This document shows positions 36,510-43,658 of a DNA stretch of 64,000 nt, in pieces (positions within the stretch are counted from its first letter, which is position 1; each line of letters begins with the position of its first letter). The stretch spans positions 190-64,189 of the forward strand of contig JAWOIT010000090.1 of assembly GCA_046484535.1 (NCBI GenBank), read 5' to 3'. The position numbers and the translations under genes are program-made. The notes under the pieces are model-generated. The model ran no database searches, was not told the origin of the DNA, and worked only from the letters and a program-made list of their open reading frames with translations. Source of the stretch: Pseudomonadota bacterium (GTDB lineage Bacteria; Pseudomonadota; Gammaproteobacteria; Thiohalomonadales; Thiohalomonadaceae).

Positions 36510-37742
36510 TCAGCCCTGCAGGCTGCGCGCCATCAGCACCACGGGGTGCACCACCTCAATCTCTACTCCCCGTCCCTTCATTCCGGCGGCCAGGTGGAGG
36601 GCGCAACCGGTGTTGTTGCTGATCAGCAGTGCGGGCCGCTCTTTGTCTATGGCATCCAGCTTGGGCTCACGCAGGGCGTTGGCGATCGCCGTTTCGGTCA
36701 GCAGGTAGCTGCCGGCGGCGCCGCAGCATTGGTCGTTGCCGGGTAGCGGTTTTACGGTCAGTTCCGGGATATGGGACAACAGCTTTTCCATCGCATCGGG
36801 CTTTCGCAGGACATTACGCTGGGTGCAGGGCAGGTGCAGTGCAACCTCCATCGATTGCTGCCCCAGTGCAATCCCACTCTCCGGCCAGTGCTCCTGCAGA
36901 AAATCGCATACTTCGTAAAGAGGGGCGGGTAAGGGTTCGCCGTAGTCGGCTTCATATTCAAACAGCTGCGCGGCGCAACCGCTGGCGGTGCTGATGATGG
37001 CATCGAGCTCCAGTCCGGTGAAGGCGGCAATATTCTCTCCGGCCAAAGAGCTTGCCGTTCCGGTCTCGCCGTTATGTTGGTGCAGCGAGCCGCAGCAGCC
37101 CTGTTGCCGGGGTATGTGGACACCATAGCCCAGGGTAGTAAGCAGGGTGATAGTGGCCAGGTGTATCTCCCCCTCCAGGATGCTGCCGATGCAACCGACA
37201 AACAGCCCCAGCTTGCCCCGTGCTTGCCCTTTGGGCGGGTAATATTCGTGCAGCTCTACCGTTTTGGGCAGGTGGGGCAAAGTCCCTTCCAGTGCCTCCA
37301 AATCAAGTCCCTTCAGCACCCCGCTCTTACGCGCCAACCACTGCATGCCGCTTTGCTGGTAGGCGCGAAGGGCCGAGGCGGTGCGCTTGAGCCTAGACTT
37401 GTCGCTCACGGTCTCCAGCAGCCGGTTTAGGCGTTTCGGTCTGGGGGAGTGCAGGCTTGCTCGGGTGGTATCAATCAGTTTGCCGTACTCCACCTGGGAG
37501 GGGCACATCCGTTCGCAGGCGCGGCAGGCCAGGCAGCGGTCGAGATGGGACAGCAGTGAGTCGCTCGGCTCAAGTTTTCCGCCGGCCACGGCCTGCATTA
37601 ATGAAATGCGGCCACGGGGCGAATCGGCCTCGTTGCGCAGCAGGCGATAGGTGGGGCAGTGCGGCAGGCAAAGCCCGCACATTACGCAGCAGTCGGCCAG
37701 TTCGAGAATGGTGTCGGTGTCGGACAAGGCGGAATCGGTCAA
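36510..37742 (-). CDS. GlcF-like (Fe-S)-binding oxidoreductase subunit (two 4Fe-4S motifs plus two CCG domains), no glcD/glcE next to it
   Basis: CVMCGLCLPHCPTY, CLACRACERMCPS, and CCG-type motifs (GCCGSL, QCCGAAG). Confidence 0.85.
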   Translation of the reverse strand: MTDSALSDTDTILELADCCVMCGLCLPHCPTYRLLRNEADSPRGRISLMQAVAGGKLEPSDSLLSHLDRCLACRACERMCPSQVEYGKLIDTTRASLHSPRPKRLNRLLETVSDKSRLKRTASALRAYQQSGMQWLARKSGVLKGLDLEALEGTLPHLPKTVELHEYYPPKGQARGKLGLFVGCIGSILEGEIHLATITLLTTLGYGVHIPRQQGCCGSLHQHNGETGTASSLAGENIAAFTGLELDAIISTASGCAAQLFEYEADYGEPLPAPLYEVCDFLQEHWPESGIALGQQSMEVALHLPCTQRNVLRKPDAMEKLLSHIPELTVKPLPGNDQCCGAAGSYLLTETAIANALREPKLDAIDKERPALLISNNTGCALHLAAGMKGRGVEIEVVHPVVLMARSLQG

Positions 37743-37825
37743 AGTGGTCAGCGGCGGGTGACTGGAATTTACATGCTAGAATCCCCATTTTAGCGGAAAC
37801 GCCACGGCGATATAACAGTTATTCC

Positions 37826-38134
37826 ATGTCCTTTTATCGTTATCACGTCTTTTTTTGCACCAATCAGCGCGAGGATGGTGCTCGCTGCTGCCAGGACTTC
37901 GGCGCCGGCGAGATGCGCGACTACGCCAAGCGGCGCTGCAAGGAGCTGGGTATCCATAGCCCGGGTCAGGTGCGCATCAATAATGCCGGTTGCTTCAATC
38001 GCTGTGCCGAGGGGCCGGTGATCGTCGTCTACCCTGAAGGTACCTGGTACACCTATGCCGACCGCACCGATATCGATGAAATTATCAATGAGCATCTGCT
38101 AAACGGCCGGGTGGTCGAGAGACTGAAAATTTAA
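37826..38134 (+). CDS. Thioredoxin-like [2Fe-2S] ferredoxin
   Basis: The internal ATG at 37826 gives MSFYRYHVFFCTNQR...CC...NNAGCFNRCAEGPVIVVYPEGTWY (102 aa). The upstream part of the ORF-track frame is Arg-rich antisense noise. Confidence 0.8.
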   Translation: MSFYRYHVFFCTNQREDGARCCQDFGAGEMRDYAKRRCKELGIHSPGQVRINNAGCFNRCAEGPVIVVYPEGTWYTYADRTDIDEIINEHLLNGRVVERLKI

Positions 38135-38169
38135 CCCATAATTCAGGCAAGGACAGACCCTGAGGCGGG

Positions 38170-38192
38170 TCGCGGCTGGAAGCCGCTCCTAC
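38170..38192. repeat. REP family C, single arm
   Basis: tcgcggctggaagccgctcctac, identical to the right arms at 23991 and 33221. Confidence 0.85.
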
Positions 38193-38206
38193 ACTAAACA
38201 GAAATT

Positions 38207-38923
38207 ATGTCAGACGATATCTATTACACGGAACTGCAGGCTCGCCATCTCTATGACGGGATGGAGGAGGACCTGTGCATCGGCGAGGAGCTGCTGATCC
38301 CGGGTCCCGCCGGGAACATCGAGGTGCTGACCTCCTGCCCCGAGTGCTATATCGGCAGCAACCCCATCGCGGTGATCTGCCACCCACATCCGCTTTACGG
38401 CGGCAATATGCGCAATAAGGTGGTGCACATCCTGGCCGAGAGCTTCACCAGTATGGGGCTGCGGTCGGTGACCTTCAACTTTCGCGGCGTGGAGAAGAGC
38501 AGCGGCCGTTATGACCGCGGCATAGGCGAAACTGAGGACTTGCAGGCGGTGGTCGATTATTTCCGTAAAAGCAATCCCGAGGCCCCGCTGTGGCTGGCGG
38601 GCTTCTCATTTGGCGCCTATGTGGCGCTGCGCGCGCATCAACAGGTCGATGCCGAGCGTCTGCTACTGGTCGCCCCACCGGTGGGGTTGTTCGATTTTAA
38701 CGATCTGCCCGAAGTAAACATCCCGTGGATGGTGATACAGGGGGGTAAGGATGAGGTGGTCGCCCCCGATGCGGTATCTCGTTGGCTGCAACAGCAAAGG
38801 CACCGCCCCGTACTTCGCTGGATGGCGGATGCGGATCATTTTTTTCACGGTCGCCTGAACCGGGTGCGAGAGTCGGTGGTCAAGCTCTGGTCGGATGCAC
38901 TGCCCGATGCCAAGGGGGCCTGA
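38207..38923 (+). CDS. Alpha/beta hydrolase-fold protein
   Basis: ICHPHPLYGGNM, nucleophile elbow GFSFGA, C-terminal DHFFHG. Confidence 0.8.
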   Translation: MSDDIYYTELQARHLYDGMEEDLCIGEELLIPGPAGNIEVLTSCPECYIGSNPIAVICHPHPLYGGNMRNKVVHILAESFTSMGLRSVTFNFRGVEKSSGRYDRGIGETEDLQAVVDYFRKSNPEAPLWLAGFSFGAYVALRAHQQVDAERLLLVAPPVGLFDFNDLPEVNIPWMVIQGGKDEVVAPDAVSRWLQQQRHRPVLRWMADADHFFHGRLNRVRESVVKLWSDALPDAKGA

Positions 38924-38924
38924 G

Positions 38925-39845
38925 ATGGCCGTGCAACCGGTGGTCCGCGCCAGTGGTCTGACCAAGCGCTATGGGGCGCAGACCGTGGTCGACGGCATCG
39001 ACCTTGAGGTCCGGCCCGGTGAGTGTTTCGGTCTGCTCGGACCGAACGGCGCCGGCAAGACCACCACCTTGCGCATGCTGATGGGGATGACCCCGATTGA
39101 TGAGGGGACGCTGGAGGTGCTCGGCTATCCCATTCCCGAACAGGCGCGAAACATGCGCCATCTGATGGGGGTGGTGCCGCAACAGGACAGCCTCGACCCG
39201 GACTTTACCGTAGAGGAGAACCTGCGCACCTTCGCCAGTTATTTCCGTATCCACCGCGGGGAGCTCGGTTCCCGTATTGAGCGCCTGCTGGACTTTGCTT
39301 CGCTGCAACACAAGGCCGGGGCGCGCATCGAGGAGCTCTCCGGCGGCATGAAACGCCGGCTCGCCATGGCCCGTTCCCTGGTCAACGACCCGCAGCTGGT
39401 GATTCTCGATGAGCCGACCACCGGACTCGACCCCCAGGCGCGCCAGCTTATCTGGCAGCGGCTGCGCACCCTGCTGGGCCAGGGACGCACCCTGATTCTG
39501 ACCACTCATTATATGGATGAGGCGCAGCGGCTTTGTGACCGGCTGGCGATCATGGATCACGGTCGGGTCCTCGACATAGACTCCCCCGGCGGGTTGATCC
39601 GGCGGCACATTGAACCCCACGTGGTCGAGGTGCATGGGCCGGGGCTGCACAAATGGCTGGAGGAGGGCGACAAGCGCTCGATGGTGCGCAGCGAGCTGGT
39701 GGGCGAAACCCTCTTTTGCTACACGGAGAGTGAGCGGGAGTTGGTCGATGCCCTGTGCGAACATGACGATCTGGTGTACCTGAGCCGGGCGGCCAATTTG
39801 GAGGATGTGTTTCTCAAGCTCACCGGCAGGGAGCTGCGTGAATGA
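38925..39845 (+). CDS. ABC transporter ATP-binding protein (ABC-2/NodI-like exporter)
   Basis: Walker A GPNGAGKTT, signature LSGGMKRRL, Walker B VILDEPTTGLD. The ATG lies 1 nt after the hydrolase stop. Confidence 0.9.
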   Translation: MAVQPVVRASGLTKRYGAQTVVDGIDLEVRPGECFGLLGPNGAGKTTTLRMLMGMTPIDEGTLEVLGYPIPEQARNMRHLMGVVPQQDSLDPDFTVEENLRTFASYFRIHRGELGSRIERLLDFASLQHKAGARIEELSGGMKRRLAMARSLVNDPQLVILDEPTTGLDPQARQLIWQRLRTLLGQGRTLILTTHYMDEAQRLCDRLAIMDHGRVLDIDSPGGLIRRHIEPHVVEVHGPGLHKWLEEGDKRSMVRSELVGETLFCYTESERELVDALCEHDDLVYLSRAANLEDVFLKLTGRELRE

Positions 39846-40621
39846 TCGCCCTGATAAAGTCCATCATTGCCTTGCGCTGGACTACAGTGTGGAGGCGAAA
39901 CGCCCGGGTCTGGCGCAAGCTGGCCGGCCCGGCGTTGCTGGGCAATATCGGTGAGCCGTTGCTCTATCTCCTTGGTTTGGGCTTCGGTCTCGGCGCCTTC
40001 GTCGGCGAGGTGGAGGGGATGGACTACATCACCTTTCTCGCCTCGGGCTTTGTCTGCGCCAGTGTGATGAACACCGCCAGCTTCGAGGGGATCTACTCGG
40101 CCTATACCCGCATGGCGGTGCAGGAGACCTGGACCGCTATGCTCTACACCCCGTTGGATGTGCGCGATATTCTGTTGGGTGAGGCCTTCTGGGCGGCGAG
40201 CAAGAGCGTCCTGAGCGCTATCTTTATTCTCATTGTCTCCGGCTTTCTTGGGGCGGTGCATGATTGGCAGGTGATCTGGGTGTTGCCGGTAGCACTGCTT
40301 GCCGGCGTCACCTTTGCAGCCATGGCGTTGGTGTTGACGGCGATCTCCCGCAGCTACGATTTTTTCCTCTATTACTTCACCCTGCTGCTGACGCCGATGC
40401 TGTTGTTCAGTGGCGTCTTCTTCCCCATCGAGGGCATGCCGACGGCTGTCCAGCAAGCGGCAGGGCTGTTACCGCTGAACCATGCCATCGAAATGGTCCG
40501 CCCCCTGATGACCGGCCGGCCGGTGGAAGGGGTGGCGGTGCATCTGGCAGTTCTGCTCTTGTATGCCCTGGCGGCATTGATGCTGGCGGGGTATCTGATA
40601 GAGCGGCGGTTGTTTAGGTAG
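39842..40621 (+). CDS. ABC-2 type transporter permease (NodJ-like)
   Basis: Six-TM profile. Overlaps the ATPase stop by 4 nt. Confidence 0.85.
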   Translation: MIALIKSIIALRWTTVWRRNARVWRKLAGPALLGNIGEPLLYLLGLGFGLGAFVGEVEGMDYITFLASGFVCASVMNTASFEGIYSAYTRMAVQETWTAMLYTPLDVRDILLGEAFWAASKSVLSAIFILIVSGFLGAVHDWQVIWVLPVALLAGVTFAAMALVLTAISRSYDFFLYYFTLLLTPMLLFSGVFFPIEGMPTAVQQAAGLLPLNHAIEMVRPLMTGRPVEGVAVHLAVLLLYALAALMLAGYLIERRLFR

Positions 40622-40630
40622 TTAGTATCG

Positions 40631-40710
40631 TGAGGGCGTTAGGGCGTTAGGGCGTTAGGGCGTTAGGGCGTTAGGGCGTTAGGGCGTGAGGGCGTGAGGG
40701 CGTGAGGGCG
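40631..40710 (+). repeat. Perfect octanucleotide tandem array, 10 units (1x TGAGGGCG, 6x TTAGGGCG, 3x TGAGGGCG)
   Basis: Counted directly. It starts 10 nt after the permease stop and contains ten GGG tracts spaced by 5 nt on the plus strand. Confidence 0.95.
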
Positions 40711-40786
40711 TGAAATGCGCGAGATCGGGAGGTCGTTAGATCGCGAGATCGTGGGTTGCAGGTTTGAGGGGAAGAGATACCCTTTG

Positions 40787-40914
40787 CCGCTCTCCCGCTC
40801 TCCCGCTCTCCCGCTCTCCCGCTCTCCCGCTCTCCCGCTCTCCCGCTCTCCCGCTCTCCCGCTCTCCCGCTCTCCCGCTCTCTCGCTCTCTCGCTCTCTC
40901 GCTCTCTCGCTCTC
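40787..40914 (-). repeat. Perfect octanucleotide tandem array, 16 units (12x CCGCTCTC, then 4x TCGCTCTC on the plus strand)
   Basis: Counted directly. There are twelve CCC tracts on the plus strand, which are GGG tracts on the minus strand. Confidence 0.95.
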
Positions 40915-40947
40915 TCCCGAGCTCGAAAGAAACTTTATTTCCAGGTG

Positions 40948-40976
40948 TTGACTTAAATCAGAATTTTGTTATATTA
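40948..40976 (+). promoter_or_regulatory. Sigma70-like promoter
   Basis: TTGACT - 16 nt - TATATT (or 17 nt - ATATTA), directly after the second array and ~240 nt upstream of rplM. Confidence 0.45.
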
Positions 40977-41052
40977 GAAAACACTGATGTGACGCTGTTA
41001 AGTCAGCGGCGCATTGACAGACTCCTCCATCCTCCTTTGGTGGATATTTTTG

Positions 41053-41094
41053 GGCGCGGCACCTCCCCCCTTTAGCCGCGCCTTTTTTATTTTC
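41053..41094 (+). terminator. Intrinsic terminator / attenuator between the promoter and rplM
   Basis: ggcgcggc-N14-gccgcgcc followed by ttttttattttc. Confidence 0.6.
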
Positions 41095-41217
41095 ATATCC
41101 ATGAATAGTGGCTAGAATGGTAATTTACGCGGTTACCACTTGTAACCGGATGAACCTTTCTGTATTATTCCGCCTCTTTTCACGAGATACCCCACTCGAA
41201 TTGGAGTGTTTTAGAAA

Positions 41218-41655
41218 ATGATTGGGACCAAGACATTCAGTGCTACCCCCGAAACCGTCAAACGTGACTGGTTCGTGGTAGACGCTACCGACAAGACGCT
41301 GGGCCGACTGGCATCCGAGATCGCTCATCGTCTGCGCGGTAAGCATAAACCGGAGTACACGCCGCACGTTGATACCGGCGACTACATCGTGGTTGTTAAC
41401 GCCGAGAAAGTACGTGTTTCCGGCCGTAAAACCAGCGACAAGATGTACTACAGGCACAGCGGCTTCCCCGGCGGCATGAAGTCGATCAACTTCGAGAAGT
41501 TGATCGAGAAAGATGCGCCCCAGGTTATTCAGCTCGCGGTCAAGGGCATGTTGCCAAAGAACCCGCTGGGTCGTGCCATGTTCCGCAAGCTGAAGGTATA
41601 CTCTGGCGCGGAGCACAACCACACCGCCCAGCAGCCCAAGCCGCTGGAAATCTAA
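41218..41655 (+). CDS. rplM: 50S ribosomal protein L13
   Basis: [60 protein letters not shown]. Confidence 0.96.
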   Translation: MIGTKTFSATPETVKRDWFVVDATDKTLGRLASEIAHRLRGKHKPEYTPHVDTGDYIVVVNAEKVRVSGRKTSDKMYYRHSGFPGGMKSINFEKLIEKDAPQVIQLAVKGMLPKNPLGRAMFRKLKVYSGAEHNHTAQQPKPLEI

Positions 41656-41679
41656 ACAGTTTTAACGGACGACAGACCC

Positions 41680-42072
41680 ATGGCAGAGAAAAACACCATT
41701 TGCACAGGCCGCCGCAAGAGTTCCACCGCTCGTGCGTTCCTGGTTCCGGGAAAGGGCGAAATCACTATTAACAAGCGCAGCCTGGATAACTATTTCGGTC
41801 GCGAGACCTCGCGCATGGTCGTACGCCAGCCGCTTGAAGCCGCCGACCTGCTTGAGAAATTCGACGTGAATGTCACGGTCAAAGGTGGTGGCAACAACGG
41901 CCAGGCGGGCGCCATTCGTCACGCCATTGCCCGTGCATTGGTCGACCAGGACGAGTCGCTGCGCAGCAGCATGCGCCAGGGCGGGTTCCTTACTCGTGAC
42001 GCCCGCGAGGTCGAACGTAAAAAGATCGGTCTGCACAAGGCGCGCAAGCGTCCGCAATACTCCAAGCGCTAA
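41680..42072 (+). CDS. rpsI: 30S ribosomal protein S9
   Basis: [12 protein letters not shown]..., C-terminal [25 protein letters not shown]. Confidence 0.96.
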   Translation: MAEKNTICTGRRKSSTARAFLVPGKGEITINKRSLDNYFGRETSRMVVRQPLEAADLLEKFDVNVTVKGGGNNGQAGAIRHAIARALVDQDESLRSSMRQGGFLTRDAREVERKKIGLHKARKRPQYSKR

Positions 42073-42100
42073 TATCCTGTTTTCAAAGAGTCAGACGAAA

Positions 42101-42129
42101 GGCCCGCCATATTTGGCGGGCTTTTTTTT
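42101..42129 (+). terminator. Rho-independent terminator of rplM-rpsI
   Basis: gcccgcc-atattt-ggcgggc followed by tttttttt. Confidence 0.8.
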
Positions 42130-42496
42130 GCCCGGATTTTTTTGGCTTGTTGCAAGTGAAATTCGCATTCTGAAAGTTAAAAAGATGGGACAGCCGGATG
42201 GCGAAAACAGATAAACGCGGTAATGTGCCTGAGCCATGTCTTTAGGATTATTTATTTTAGTAAAATCATGACGTTGCGAGATATATGTTGAAGAGTTGTT
42301 TTGCGTTATTCGTAAGTTACTGATTTTACAAGTTGTTGTGTTTTTGCAACAAATTCAAATAGTGTTGTTTTTTTTCTATAAAACGCTTGCAATCAAAAAT
42401 CATTGTCGATAATCTCTATGTCGGCTTCCCCGGATGTGGAGGCCACCAATTAATTCGAATTAATTGCTAGATGTAAAACCACTAGGAGAGATAAAC

Positions 42497-43474
42497 ATGA
42501 AAAAGAACGTAATTGCTCTGGCAGTTGCCACCGCTATGGCCGCTCCGATGGCCGCTCAGGCGGAAGTTACCGTTTCCGGTGTACTGCAGGCTGAAATCGT
42601 AAGCGTATCCGGCGATACCCCCCGTGACGGCACCATTGCCATGCAGGATGCCAGCACTATTGGCGGCGGCCAGGGCAGCCACAATGTCGGTGGCGTTTTC
42701 ATTAACGCTTCCGAGGATCTGGGCGGCGGCCTGAAGGGTCTCGCAAAGTACGGCGTCAATGTTGATGTCGATAACCGCACATATCGCACTACCCGTGACG
42801 CATATGTCGGCCTGAGCGGCGGTTTCGGTACCGTGCTGATGGGTCGCATGAGCAGCCCCTACAAGACCTCCACCGTCAAGTGGGACCCCTTCCTGGCCAC
42901 CTTCATGCAGGCCCGTGGTAACGGCGGTGCGTCTGGCGGCGTAGCCGGTCATGGTAGCTACCTGGACGAGACTCTGGCCTACGCCAACAAGTTCGGCGCG
43001 GTTAAGGTTGTTGCCGGCATCGCTCTGGACGAGACCGAAGAGGGCAACCACGCCATGTCCTTCTCAGCCAACGTACCCATGGGTCCGGTTGAGCTTGCCC
43101 TGGGTTACATCAATGCTTCCGAGCACGATGCATACGCCAACGGTGTAGTAGAGGACGCTTCTGCCACCAAAATCGGTCTTAAGTACAACGGCGGCGCCTT
43201 CGGTATGATGTTCCAGCACGAAATCCGTGACGAAGGTCTGGGCGATGGCAGCTACACCCTGCTTGGCGCCAACTTCGCCTCCGGTGCAAACACCTTTGCG
43301 CTGAACTATGGCATGAACGACGTCGAGGCTAATGGAGAAGATACCACCTACATGGCTCTCGGTATGAAGCACGCCTTCAGCAAGACCACCGGCATGCACC
43401 TTGGCTACAAGACCACCGACCAGGATGGCTACGCCGAAGACATCGTCGGTCTGGGTCTGCGCGTCAAGTTCTAA
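42497..43474 (+). CDS. Outer-membrane porin (Gram-negative general porin family)
   Basis: Signal peptide MKKNVIALAVATAMAAPMAAQA. Alternating beta-strand pattern. The C-terminal GLGLRVKF ends in Phe. GGAGAG precedes the ATG. Confidence 0.85.
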   Translation: MKKNVIALAVATAMAAPMAAQAEVTVSGVLQAEIVSVSGDTPRDGTIAMQDASTIGGGQGSHNVGGVFINASEDLGGGLKGLAKYGVNVDVDNRTYRTTRDAYVGLSGGFGTVLMGRMSSPYKTSTVKWDPFLATFMQARGNGGASGGVAGHGSYLDETLAYANKFGAVKVVAGIALDETEEGNHAMSFSANVPMGPVELALGYINASEHDAYANGVVEDASATKIGLKYNGGAFGMMFQHEIRDEGLGDGSYTLLGANFASGANTFALNYGMNDVEANGEDTTYMALGMKHAFSKTTGMHLGYKTTDQDGYAEDIVGLGLRVKF

Positions 43475-43514
43475 TCGATTCTCGAGTCGTTTGGTACTTT
43501 AATGTGCTGGGAAA

Positions 43515-43540
43515 CGGGGCCTTCGGGCCCTGTTTTCGTT
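43515..43540 (+). terminator. Probable terminator after the porin gene
   Basis: cggggcc-ttcg-ggccctg hairpin followed by ttttcgtt. Confidence 0.5.
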
Positions 43541-43658
43541 CTGTTACCTTGATTTCCCCTCGCTTTACAAGCCTTTAAGCTTTCTTTTACGACTTCTAAC
43601 CACTTTGCATGGCGTGCTAAACTAAGAAACTTTCCTTTAAATAGATTGCCGCCGCGTA

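Noticed and set aside
37457-37825. N-terminal 123 aa of the 225-aa ORF-track entry containing the ferredoxin
   Set aside because: This part is Arg-rich and antisense to the glcF-like gene start. The ferredoxin begins at the internal ATG 37826.
40631-40914. Possible CRISPR array
   Set aside because: The units are 8 nt and directly abutting, with no spacers. This is not CRISPR architecture, and there are no cas genes in the window.
40715-41075. ORFs translating as RSPALPLSRSPALPLS...
   Set aside because: They are artefacts of reading through the 8-nt tandem array. A unit that is not a multiple of 3 gives a 24-nt periodic pseudo-protein. The region is intergenic.
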